DNA of 14,615 bases from Candidatus Cryosericum sp. GTDB lineage: Bacteria > Caldisericota > Caldisericia > Cryosericales > Cryosericaceae. The position numbers and the translations under genes were made by a program. Below the pieces are notes generated by a model, which did not search any database, had not been told where the DNA came from, and was given only the letters and a program-made list of their open reading frames with translations. Position 1 is the first letter of the stretch, and the number at the start of each line of letters is the position of its first letter. This document shows positions 1-8,565 of this stretch, one piece after another. The stretch lies in NCBI GenBank assembly GCA_049699855.1, contig JBNAWM010000007.1, positions 1-14,615 of the forward strand. Direction: 5' to 3'.

Positions 1-1196
1 TGCGGCAGGTCATTCTTGTCAATCGCCCGCCGCTGTGCCCCCAGCCCAAAACCGTCGTTTTCCACTTTGAAGAAGGCAATAGTGCTGGTTTTTTTGGCCA
101 GCGCCTTGTCGAGGATGAGGATCGAGGTCTTCACTCCGGAGTAGGGATTGAAGACACCAGCGGGAAGCGAGACGACGGCGACGAGGTAGTCGTCCACCAG
201 CATCTTGCGTAACTGCCTGTAGGCAGTCTGGCTCTGGAAGATGATGCCCTCGGGCACGATGATGGCGGCGCGGCCTTGCGGCGTGAGGTGCTCGGCCATG
301 TAGTCGACAAACAGCACTTCGCTGCGCTTGGCCTGGATGGAAAAACGCTTGTGCGGCTTGATGCCGCCCTTGGGCGACATGAAGGGCGGGTTGGCGAGGA
401 TAATATCCGCGTATTCGTTCCATTTGTCCTGCGAGGCGAGCGTGTCGTACTCGTAGATGTGTGGGTCGACGAAGCCGTGGAGGTACATATTCACCAACGA
501 CAGGCGTACCATGTCGGGCGAGATGTCGTAGCCTCTGAAGTTCTGCGCCAGGCGCCCCTTTTCGTCGGGCGTCAGCGTGCTATGACCCTTGGCATCGGTG
601 TTGGCTTTGAGGATGTGCTTCCAGGACGAGATTAGGAACCCGGCAGTACCGCAGGCCGGGTCAAGCACGGTCTCGGTCTTCTTCGGGTCAATGACCTCGA
701 CCATGAAATCAATGATGTGGCGGGGAGTGCGGAACTGCCCAGCATCGCCCTGAGAGCCGAGTACGGAGAGCAGATACTCGAAGGCATCACCCAGGCGTTC
801 GCTGTGGTCGTAGTTGAACTCGTCGATGACCTTGAGGAACATCTTGAGCGTTTCAGGGTCCCGATAGGGAAGATAGGCGTTCTTGAAGATGTCACGGAAG
901 AGCGGCGGAATGCCGGGGTTCTCCGGCATCTTGGCGATGGCTTCGGCGTAGAGGTTCAGGATCTCGAAGCCACCGAGGCCGGCGTGCATCAGGTTGGCCC
1001 AGCCATAGCGGGCAAACTCACCCTCGAAGAACTTGCGCTTGCCGCCCAACTCCTCGCTCTCGGCATCCATGTCGTCCATGAACTTGTAGATCAGCGCGAT
1101 GGTGATCTGCTCGACTTGGCTCTTGGGGTCAGGCACCTTGCCCACAAGGATGTCGCGAGCCGTATCAATACGACGTTTGGTGTCAGTATCAAGCAT
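1..1196 (-). CDS. hsdM: Type I restriction-modification N6-adenine methyltransferase (HsdM / N-6 DNA methylase), 3' end beyond the left window edge
   Basis: Not in the ORF track (no stop in window). Manual translation from ATG at 1196: MLDTDTKRRIDTARDILVGKVPDPKSQVEQITIALIYKF...GDAFEYLL...GQFRTPRHIIDFMV...VLDPACGTAGFL...IILANPPF...AAIIVPEGIIF...VVSLPAGVFNPYSGVKTSILIL... It stays open for 398 codons to the edge. SAM-binding motif I (DPACGTAGF), catalytic motif IV (NPPF) and the HsdM-typical GQFRTPR are present. Starts 3 nt after the KilA-N stop. Confidence 0.93.
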   Translation of the reverse strand, partial: MLDTDTKRRIDTARDILVGKVPDPKSQVEQITIALIYKFMDDMDAESEELGGKRKFFEGEFARYGWANLMHAGLGGFEILNLYAEAIAKMPENPGIPPLFRDIFKNAYLPYRDPETLKMFLKVIDEFNYDHSERLGDAFEYLLSVLGSQGDAGQFRTPRHIIDFMVEVIDPKKTETVLDPACGTAGFLISSWKHILKANTDAKGHSTLTPDEKGRLAQNFRGYDISPDMVRLSLVNMYLHGFVDPHIYEYDTLASQDKWNEYADIILANPPFMSPKGGIKPHKRFSIQAKRSEVLFVDYMAEHLTPQGRAAIIVPEGIIFQSQTAYRQLRKMLVDDYLVAVVSLPAGVFNPYSGVKTSILILDKALAKKTSTIAFFKVENDGFGLGAQRRAIDKNDLP

Positions 1197-1199
1197 GGG

Positions 1200-2024
1200 T
1201 TATCCTTTGAGTTGTTTGATTGCCGATGCCGAGGTAAGCACCTGCATCTGGCGGATGGCGATTTCGTTCAAGCGCTTCAGGCGATCCCCCTGTGACAATC
1301 CCATGTGAATGAGTTCTGCGTTCATTCCCTCCATGTTGGCCAGTACGAGCAATTGCTCAATGGTGGCGTAGTCACGCATATTGTCTTCCAGGCCAGGATT
1401 GGCGTCCCGCCATTGTTTGGCAGTCTGACCAAAGAGGGCAACGTTCAGCATATCCGCCTCGTTGGCGTAGATCATGGCGGCCTGTTCAGGCGTCACTGCA
1501 ACCGGAATCAGGTGCATCTGGATGGCATCTGTGTGGATACGGTAGTTGAGCTTGGAAAGGGTACGATTCAGGTTCCAGGCAAGCGACAGACGGCGATTTT
1601 CATCCTCCTTGAGGCGCTGGAACTCCTTGATGAGGTATATCTTGAATTCAGGACTGATCCACATGCCGAACTCAAAGGCGATGTCCTTGTGCGCGTACGT
1701 ACCGCCATATCTTCCCGTGGTAGCCCGGAGACCGACGGCGTGAGTTTTGGCAACCCATTCCTTGACGCTGATCTTGTAGCTGTTCAGGCCGGCTTGGCTT
1801 TTAATTATGGCGAATTCGCCATAATTGAAATCGGGGTTGTTGACGCGCTCCCAAATGCCGAGAAACTCAACGGTGTTGCGGTTACGCAACCAGTCCGAGA
1901 TGAAGAAATCGCCGTCTTTCGCCTTGAGCATATCGGTCAGAGAGATGTAGTCCTCATCCTTTTGAGACAGGACAGTGATGGTCGTTCCCAGAACCTCGAT
2001 GCTTGATTTCTTGGCGTTGCTCAT
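1200..2024 (-). CDS. KilA-N domain-containing putative DNA-binding protein (274 aa)
   Basis: N-terminal pattern DYISLTDM...ISDWLRNRNTVEFL...GRYGGTYAHKDIAFEFGMWISPEFKIYLIKEFQRLK is characteristic of KilA-N/APSES-type proteins. SD AGGAG overlaps the hsdR stop codon, 6 nt before the ATG. Confidence 0.85.
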   Translation of the reverse strand: MSNAKKSSIEVLGTTITVLSQKDEDYISLTDMLKAKDGDFFISDWLRNRNTVEFLGIWERVNNPDFNYGEFAIIKSQAGLNSYKISVKEWVAKTHAVGLRATTGRYGGTYAHKDIAFEFGMWISPEFKIYLIKEFQRLKEDENRRLSLAWNLNRTLSKLNYRIHTDAIQMHLIPVAVTPEQAAMIYANEADMLNVALFGQTAKQWRDANPGLEDNMRDYATIEQLLVLANMEGMNAELIHMGLSQGDRLKRLNEIAIRQMQVLTSASAIKQLKG

Positions 2025-2033
2025 GTTCTTCTC

Positions 2034-4571
2034 CTAGTTGGCGAACTGATTCAGGGATACGTAGTCCTTGATGTAATCAGGTATGAGCGTGCGGTACTTT
2101 GCCGGCACAGCGCGAAAGTCGCGGGTGGAAAAGTAGGGGTTGGTAGCCAGGTCGGTGTAACTGCCGCTCTCAATGATGTGACGCACCTGGTCGCTGGTAA
2201 GGTAGGCCTTGAAGTAGGTCTTGATGGCGGGGATGGCCTCAGCCTCATCGGGCTTGATATCGGCGACGAACTTGGCGAACTCTTCTTCCAGCAGTTCGTC
2301 CTTGGACTTGAAGCGCGGGATGAGACCAAAGATCTTCTCAAGGATCTCGCGCAGCGTCAAACGCCGATCCACAGCGGCGGCTTTGCGCAGCTTGTCGAGA
2401 GTGTAGTACTCTTCGGGCTTGTCAAAGACCTCGCGGTTGACGTAGTCGATCACGCGATCCCACTGACCGGTCTCGACCGCTTTCGCGATGGTCTCGTTCT
2501 CGCGCACGGTGTCCTCGAATTTCTCGAAGAACATGCGGTCGATTTTCATCCCTTCGTAGCCGATGGTCTCCTCCTTGATTGAGGAGATGATGTCGGCACC
2601 GAGGTGCTCGTAGGCACCGCCGACCACAACGGGGCGCATGTCATCGCCGATGCCGTTGCCCTTGTGCTGACGTCGGGGGAGCTTCAGCACCTCGTCGTAG
2701 TTGAAGTCCTTCTCGAAGTATTCGCAGTTGGCGAAGAAGTCGAAGAGCTTGAAGGCGGTCTTTTGAGGCTGCAAGACGCCGTCCTTGAGACTATTGTCGA
2801 AGAGCTGTTCAAGGAAGTTGTGCCTGCGGGTGCCGCGCCCCTTGATCTGGATGAAGTCCGTCGGTGAGAAGATTGGACGGAAGAGGCCGAGGTTGAGGAT
2901 GTCGGTACAATCGTAGCCGGTGGTCATCATGCCAACCGTCACGCAGATACGCGCCTTGCTGGTCTTGTACGAGGGCAGAAAGTTGGCTGAACCGAGCAGG
3001 TTGTTGTTGGCGAAGTTGATGGTGAATTGCTGGGCGTCGGGTATCTGTGAGGTCACCTGCACGGCGAAGTCGGACTGGTACTTGCCAGGGAACATGCGGT
3101 CGGCCATCTGATTGAGGATCTGCGCCAGCTTGCCGGCGTGGTTCTGGCTGACGGCGAAGATGATGGACTTGCCGATCTCGCCGCTGACCGGGTCACGCAG
3201 AGCGTTCTCCAGGAAGGTCTTGCAGAAGAGCTGGTTGGTGGCGTCCGCAAAGAAACGCCGTTCGAACTCGCGTTGCTTGAAGGCTTGCTGCTGATCCTCG
3301 CCGGTGTCATCTGTGACCGAGACGACAAAACCCTCTTCGGAAAGAAGCTCGGTGGTGACCTCGGTGCGAGCATCCACCACCGTCGGGTTGACGAGGTAGC
3401 CCTCTTTGACGCCGTCCAGCAGGGAGTAACGGAAGGTTGGCTGGCTGTTCTCGCAGCCGAAGGTGCGGTAGGTATCCAGCAGTACGCGACGTTCGGCCTC
3501 GCGCGGATCGCGGGTGCCTGGATTGGAACTGGCGAATCTGCGGAGGTAGTCGCGTGGCGTGGCGGTGAGGCCCAGCTTGTAGCCGATGAAATAGTCGAAT
3601 ACGGCGCGGGCATTGCCACCGATGGAGCGGTGGGCTTCATCGGAGATGACTAGGTCGAAATCGGTCGGCGAGAAGAGCTGCTGGTACTTGTTGCCCACGA
3701 GCAGCGACTGCACCGTGGTGACCACGATTTCCGCCCGCCGCCAGTCGTCACGGTTTTCCTTGTAGATCACTGTCTGGAAATCGGCGGACAGGAGCATGGC
3801 GAAGGCTTTCTTGGCCTGGTCCTCCAGTTCAAGACGATCCACCAGGAAGAGAACGCGCCGAGTATTGCCGGAACGGAGGAAGAGTTTGATGACGGCGGCG
3901 GCAGTGAGTGTCTTGCCTGTACCTGTGGCCATCTCGAACAGAAAGCGGTCTTTACCTTCCCCTACGGCTTGCTGCAAGGCGTGAATGGCCCTCAACTGAT
4001 ACGGCCGCAAGAAACGCAGTTTGTTGGTCTGGATGTAATCGGGGCGTTCCGTCTCATTCCGCCACCCGGCATCGGACTGGTAGCTCGGGCGCTGGGTGAG
4101 CACGATGTAGTCCTCGCCCACCTGTTCTGTGATCAGGCGCTGCGGATTGGGGGTGACCTTCTGGTACCCGATGACCGAGTCTGGTGCCGGAAACGCTGTG
4201 ATGACGTAGGGATTACCACGTTCAAGGTCCCAGAAGTAGTGAAGGTTGCCATTGGACAAGATGATGAAGCGACAATGCTGGGCCTTGGCGTACTTGCGCG
4301 CCTGCTCCTTGCCAACCAGAGGGTCCTTGGTCTCGGACTTCGCCTCTAGCACAACAAGCGGGAACCCATGACTGTCCAGCAACAGGAAGTCGACGAACCC
4401 GTTGACGGCCTGCTCAAAGTCGTTTCCGTACGCATCGAGGAGGGACCTGGTCATCTTCACGTGGTTTTCGAGGACGACGTTGGCTGAGCCGCGGTCATCA
4501 TCAATCAGCCTCCAGCCCGCCTGTTCCAGGAGTTTATTAATCTTAATCCTTGCCGTCGCCTCTTTTGCCAT
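2034..4571 (-). CDS. hsdR: Type I restriction endonuclease subunit R (HsdR; PD-(D/E)xK nuclease plus SF2 DEAH translocase), 845 aa
   Basis: N-terminal EATARIKINKLLEQAGW; nuclease motifs VDFLL...VLEAK and QARKY; Walker A MATGTGKT; LFLVDRLEL; DEAH; LGLTATP; MMTTGYDC; FIQIKGRGTR. Co-oriented with an HsdM gene. Confidence 0.92.
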   Translation of the reverse strand: MAKEATARIKINKLLEQAGWRLIDDDRGSANVVLENHVKMTRSLLDAYGNDFEQAVNGFVDFLLLDSHGFPLVVLEAKSETKDPLVGKEQARKYAKAQHCRFIILSNGNLHYFWDLERGNPYVITAFPAPDSVIGYQKVTPNPQRLITEQVGEDYIVLTQRPSYQSDAGWRNETERPDYIQTNKLRFLRPYQLRAIHALQQAVGEGKDRFLFEMATGTGKTLTAAAVIKLFLRSGNTRRVLFLVDRLELEDQAKKAFAMLLSADFQTVIYKENRDDWRRAEIVVTTVQSLLVGNKYQQLFSPTDFDLVISDEAHRSIGGNARAVFDYFIGYKLGLTATPRDYLRRFASSNPGTRDPREAERRVLLDTYRTFGCENSQPTFRYSLLDGVKEGYLVNPTVVDARTEVTTELLSEEGFVVSVTDDTGEDQQQAFKQREFERRFFADATNQLFCKTFLENALRDPVSGEIGKSIIFAVSQNHAGKLAQILNQMADRMFPGKYQSDFAVQVTSQIPDAQQFTINFANNNLLGSANFLPSYKTSKARICVTVGMMTTGYDCTDILNLGLFRPIFSPTDFIQIKGRGTRRHNFLEQLFDNSLKDGVLQPQKTAFKLFDFFANCEYFEKDFNYDEVLKLPRRQHKGNGIGDDMRPVVVGGAYEHLGADIISSIKEETIGYEGMKIDRMFFEKFEDTVRENETIAKAVETGQWDRVIDYVNREVFDKPEEYYTLDKLRKAAAVDRRLTLREILEKIFGLIPRFKSKDELLEEEFAKFVADIKPDEAEAIPAIKTYFKAYLTSDQVRHIIESGSYTDLATNPYFSTRDFRAVPAKYRTLIPDYIKDYVSLNQFAN

Positions 4572-4747
4572 GCCCTTCTCGTCACCTCACTTCAACCAGC
4601 ACAAGCGTACAGCGCGCTGTTCGCATAAGGTATACCACGAACACACAAAAAGGCTACCCCAGGTCAAAGGTAAGTTGGCGCACGGACTTGCACCTGGGCA
4701 GGAATGACGGCCTGAAAGAAACTCATACGCACGAATGATGTAAGCGC

Positions 4748-4757
4748 TATACTATTG
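4748..4757 (+). promoter_or_regulatory. Putative sigma70-type -10 element for cobO-eamA (TATACT, within TATACTATTG)
   Basis: TATACT at 4748-4753, about 30 nt upstream of the cobO ATG. The same 10-mer recurs upstream of hutU. No clear -35. Confidence 0.45.
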
Positions 4758-4784
4758 ATAACATCCCCGCAATTGGAGGCGACG

Positions 4785-5309
4785 ATGGAACAGCATGGTC
4801 TTGTGATGATCTACACGGGCAACGGCAAAGGAAAGACGACTGCGGCACTGGGACTTGGTCTTAGAGCCATCGGCGCTGGACAGCGCGTTTTGCTGGTCCA
4901 GTTCATGAAAGGTGACCCGACGTCCTCTGAACTGCGTGCCCTGGCTCTGCTTCCCGGATTTGAAGTCATCCAGACTGGTTCACACCAGTGGGTGACAAAG
5001 GGGAAGGCCAACCTGCTCGACAAAACAGAAGCACAGAGGGGGATGAATGTCGCCCGCAATGCATTTTTAGAAGAACGGCATGAACTGGTCATCCTCGATG
5101 AGCTCAATTGCGCGATCGATTATGGGCTCATTCCCGAGAGTGATGTCCTGGAATTGCTGACGCACAGGCCTCCGTTCATGTCAGTCTGCATCACAGGGCG
5201 TGGCGCTCCGGCTAATCTTGTAGAGGCCGCGGACATGGTCAGCGAGGTCATTGAGATCAAGCACCACTACCACAAGGGTGTGCCTGCCCAGAAAGGAATA
5301 GAGTTCTAG
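4785..5309 (+). CDS. cobO: ATP:cob(I)alamin / cob(I)yrinic acid a,c-diamide adenosyltransferase (CobO/BtuR/CobA family), 174 aa
   Basis: Family motifs GLVMIYTGNGKGKTTAALG, VQFMKG, LVILDEL, ITGRGAP, ADMVSEV..IKHHY..GVPAQKGIEF. Start moved from the track's TTG at 4755 to ATG 4785, which follows SD GGAGG (4775-4779). Confidence 0.93.
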   Translation: MEQHGLVMIYTGNGKGKTTAALGLGLRAIGAGQRVLLVQFMKGDPTSSELRALALLPGFEVIQTGSHQWVTKGKANLLDKTEAQRGMNVARNAFLEERHELVILDELNCAIDYGLIPESDVLELLTHRPPFMSVCITGRGAPANLVEAADMVSEVIEIKHHYHKGVPAQKGIEF

Positions 5310-5327
5310 CGCCGCTGGCGGCATCGT

Positions 5328-6263
5328 ATGAAGCCTTCACATGGGCACGCATGGGGACTGTTCAACCTTGGCGCGGCCGCAACCATCTGGGGCAGCACCT
5401 TTGTTGTCAGCCGTTACGCCTTGGCCAGCATCTCATTTCTCGACCTGGTGATTATGAGGTTCATCTGCTCGACCGTGCTGTTCCTGGCCCTTTTTCTCAT
5501 CCGGCGGCCACACATGCCGCATGGGCATGAATGGTGGTTGTATTTGGGCAGTGCCGTCACCGGCTACGTACTGTCCATTCCCCTTCAGTTCCTTGGGACG
5601 TCGCTCACAAGCGCGCACATCGGCTCGATTGTCACGTGCGCAACGCCTCTCGCCATGGTTGTCCTGGCCGGGCTCTTTCTGCACGAGCGCATCCGGCTGC
5701 GTGACATACTTGCCATCAGCATCGCTCTCGCCGGGGTGGCGCTGATCTCGCTGGAAGGACTGCGGCGTTCATCCGGCCCCAGCGGCATCCAGTGGCTTGA
5801 AGGCGTTGTCGCCTTGCTGGGCGCTGCCGTCACATGGGCGCTCTATTCCCTGTTTCTGCGGCTGATTACCACGCGCCAGTCCTCACTGGCCGCTACCGGC
5901 ATCAGCAACGCACTGGGACTGTTTATCCTCCTGCCACTCTTCATCCCACACGCCGGGGAGGTCTCCAAGACCGTCAAGGCACACCCTCTGCTTGGCCTCG
6001 CCATTGCCTACCTCGGAACCGTCTCCACATTTCTGGGTTTCTTCCTGTGGACACTGGGCCTCCAGCAGGTCTCCAGTATCTCTGCCTCCTCACTCATGTT
6101 CTTCTTTCAACCACTGGCGGGCACACTGCTGGGCGCCTTGGTGCTGAGGGAGCAGGTCAGTGCCCCGACGCTCGCCGGTGGCCTGCTCATCTTCATTGGG
6201 CTGGTCAGCGGCATCAGCAGACCGCCCGTCAAGGAATCTCTGGAAGACCCCGTCCCGCTGTAA
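5328..6263 (+). CDS. EamA/DMT-family membrane transporter (about 10 TM, two EamA repeats)
   Basis: Highly hydrophobic. Motifs IWGSTF, MRF, 'PLAMVVLAGLFLHERI' and the second-repeat 'QPLAGTLLGALVLREQV...GGLLIFIG'. Begins 18 nt after the cobO stop, so probably co-transcribed. Confidence 0.88.
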   Translation: MKPSHGHAWGLFNLGAAATIWGSTFVVSRYALASISFLDLVIMRFICSTVLFLALFLIRRPHMPHGHEWWLYLGSAVTGYVLSIPLQFLGTSLTSAHIGSIVTCATPLAMVVLAGLFLHERIRLRDILAISIALAGVALISLEGLRRSSGPSGIQWLEGVVALLGAAVTWALYSLFLRLITTRQSSLAATGISNALGLFILLPLFIPHAGEVSKTVKAHPLLGLAIAYLGTVSTFLGFFLWTLGLQQVSSISASSLMFFFQPLAGTLLGALVLREQVSAPTLAGGLLIFIGLVSGISRPPVKESLEDPVPL

Positions 6264-6302
6264 CACCAGCCTGCGCTGGAACACGCCACGATGAGATCTG
6301 CT

Positions 6303-6312
6303 TATACTATTG
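6303..6312 (+). promoter_or_regulatory. Putative -10 element for hutU (TATACT, within TATACTATTG)
   Basis: Identical 10-mer to the one upstream of cobO, in the eamA-hutU intergenic gap. No clear -35. Confidence 0.45.
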
Positions 6313-6386
6313 CCGGAAAGGACACCGTTGCGTGCCCGGGCAAAGACAGCATCAAGGAGCAAGAAACAACCAGGAGGAAGTCAACC

Positions 6387-8417
6387 ATGAGCAACATTGA
6401 TGCATCAAACGCAATGACGATCAAGCTGGATGATGAGTTACCGGAGATGCCGGAATTTGTGGACGGCGTTCGGCGGGCTCCGGCAAGAGATTTCCGCCTG
6501 AGCAAGGAGCAGACGAAGATTGCGCTCAAGAACGCCCTGCGCTACATCCCTGAGCAATATCACAAAGCACTGGCGCCCGAGTTCCTGCAGGAACTCATGA
6601 CACGCGGCAGGATCTATGGCTACCGATTCAGACCCTCAGGAAGGATCTATGGAAAACCCGTCGACGAGTACAAGGGCAAATGCCTGGCGGGCAAAGCCTT
6701 GCAGGTCATGATCGATAACAATCTGGACTTCAACGTTGCCCTCTACCCCTACGAACTCGTGACCTATGGCGAGACAGGCAGTGTGTGCCAGAACTGGATG
6801 CAATACCGCCTCATCAAGAAGTATCTGGAGAATCTGACCGAGGATCAGACGCTGGTCATGGAGTCAGGACATCCGGTAGGATTGTTTCCATCCAAGCCAG
6901 AGGCCCCGCGCGTCATCACCACCAATGCACTGATGGTCGGGATGTTTGACAATCAGGATGATTGGGAAGTCGCCGAAGAAATGGGGGTTGCCAATTATGG
7001 ACAGATGACCGCGGGTGGCTGGATGTATATCGGTCCCCAAGGCATTGTTCATGGCACCTTCAACACACTGCTCAACGCCGGGCGCCTCAAGCTTGGCATA
7101 CCGCACGATCAGGATCTGCGCGGGCACCTGTTTGTCTCCTCTGGCCTTGGTGGCATGAGCGGAGCACAGCCCAAGGCTGTCGAAATAGCCGGAGGCGTGG
7201 GGATCATCGCAGAGGTGGACGCATCACGGATCGAGACACGTCACCTGCAGGGATGGGTGAGCAAGGTCAGTTCAGACCTGGACGAGATCTTTAAAACAGC
7301 GGGCGAGCACCTCCGGACAAAAGAGCCCATCTCCATCGCCTATCACGGCAACATCGTGGATCTCCTCGAATATGCCGTCAAGAACAATGTCCCCATCGAA
7401 CTCCTGTCCGATCAGACGTCCTGCCATGCGGCATATGACGGCGGATACTGCCCGCAGGGCCTCACCTTTGAGGAGAGAACCCGCATGCTGGCCGAGGACA
7501 GAGAAGGCTTCCGCAAGCTCGTGGACAAGAGTCTGAGGCGTCACTTTGAACTCATTAGAACCCTGGTCGACCGCGGAACCTATTTCTTTGACTACGGCAA
7601 CTCATTTCTGAAGGCTGTCTTTGACGCAGGGGTCCAGGAAGTCTCCCGCAATGGCAAGGACGAGAAGGATGGATTCATCTTCCCCTCCTACGTGGAAGAC
7701 ATCATGGGCCCAATGCTGTTTGACTATGGCTATGGCCCATTCAGGTGGGTATGCCTCAGTGGCAAGCGAGAAGACCTCATCAAGACGGACAAGGCGGCCA
7801 TGGAGTGCATCGACAGCAACAGGAGGGGACAGGACCGCGACAACTACATCTGGATTCGCGATGCTGAGAAAAACAACCTTGTCGTCGGCACCCAGGCCCG
7901 CATCCTCTATCAGGACGCTGAGGGAAGGTTGAAGATTGCTCTCAAGTTCAACGAGATGGTACGCAACGGCGAAATCGGGCCCGTCATGCTGGGCAGGGAC
8001 CACCATGACGTGAGCGGCACCGACTCACCCTTCCGTGAAACAGCCAATATCAAGGACGGAAGCAATGTCATGGCTGATATGGCCACACAGTGCTTCGCGG
8101 GTAACGCCGCACGTGGCATGACGCTGGTGACCCTGCACAATGGAGGCGGCGTCGGCATTGGCAAAGCCATCAACGGCGGCTTTGGACTGGTTCTGGATGG
8201 CAGCCAGAAAACAGATGCCATTATCAAATCTGCACTGCTGTGGGACGTGATGGGAGGTGTGGCGCGCAGATCATGGGCAAGAAATGAACACTCCATTGAG
8301 ACCGCCACCGAATTCAACAGGGACTACGCGGGACTCGGCCATATCACTATTCCCTTCATTCCCGACGAGGAGTTGATCGAGGATACCGTCAACCACAGCT
8401 GGAAGCCGCGCGATTGA
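6387..8417 (+). CDS. hutU: Urocanate hydratase (urocanase), long form, 676 aa
   Basis: Motifs ELVTYG, YGQMTAGGWMYIGPQGIVHGT, GLGGMSGAQP, SDQTSCH, FDYGN, GPFRWVCLSG, GRDHHDVSG, HNGGGVG. Start placed at ATG 6387 behind SD AGGAGG (6372-6377) rather than the track's 6291. Confidence 0.95.
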   Translation: MSNIDASNAMTIKLDDELPEMPEFVDGVRRAPARDFRLSKEQTKIALKNALRYIPEQYHKALAPEFLQELMTRGRIYGYRFRPSGRIYGKPVDEYKGKCLAGKALQVMIDNNLDFNVALYPYELVTYGETGSVCQNWMQYRLIKKYLENLTEDQTLVMESGHPVGLFPSKPEAPRVITTNALMVGMFDNQDDWEVAEEMGVANYGQMTAGGWMYIGPQGIVHGTFNTLLNAGRLKLGIPHDQDLRGHLFVSSGLGGMSGAQPKAVEIAGGVGIIAEVDASRIETRHLQGWVSKVSSDLDEIFKTAGEHLRTKEPISIAYHGNIVDLLEYAVKNNVPIELLSDQTSCHAAYDGGYCPQGLTFEERTRMLAEDREGFRKLVDKSLRRHFELIRTLVDRGTYFFDYGNSFLKAVFDAGVQEVSRNGKDEKDGFIFPSYVEDIMGPMLFDYGYGPFRWVCLSGKREDLIKTDKAAMECIDSNRRGQDRDNYIWIRDAEKNNLVVGTQARILYQDAEGRLKIALKFNEMVRNGEIGPVMLGRDHHDVSGTDSPFRETANIKDGSNVMADMATQCFAGNAARGMTLVTLHNGGGVGIGKAINGGFGLVLDGSQKTDAIIKSALLWDVMGGVARRSWARNEHSIETATEFNRDYAGLGHITIPFIPDEELIEDTVNHSWKPRD

Positions 8418-8514
8418 CTGAAATGTGAAGAAAGGGAGCGAACGTTCTGGACAGCATCGACGTACTAGAGGTGGCGAAACAGATTTCATGCCAACCTCCT
8501 CCCCAAACAGGACC

Positions 8515-8547
8515 AAAAGGGCCTCCGTAGCAGCCGGAGGCCCTTTT
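8515..8547. terminator. Bidirectional intrinsic terminator between convergent hutU and cysM
   Basis: Perfect 13-bp inverted repeat AAAAGGGCCTCCG-tagcagc-CGGAGGCCCTTTT, giving a T-run on both strands. Confidence 0.85.
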
Positions 8548-8565
8548 CGCTTAGCAGTGGAAACG

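Noticed and set aside
19..2006. Track ORFs 19-423, 276-635, 632-895, 717-1295 and 1305-2006
   Set aside because: Off-frame or antisense to the motif-bearing hsdM and KilA-N frames.
4640..4784. Possible cobalamin riboswitch upstream of cobO (CCCCGCAA at 4765-4772, hairpin 4658-4698)
   Set aside because: No GGGAA, GCCACTG or B12-box elements; CCCCGCAA abuts the SD and lies after the putative -10, leaving no room for the aptamer.
6310..6345. Hairpin/palindrome (TGCCCGGGCA, 6333-6342) in the hutU leader as a c-di-GMP riboswitch or HutP/HutC site
   Set aside because: Does not match those consensus patterns as I know them, has no terminator, and short GC-rich palindromes are expected by chance here.
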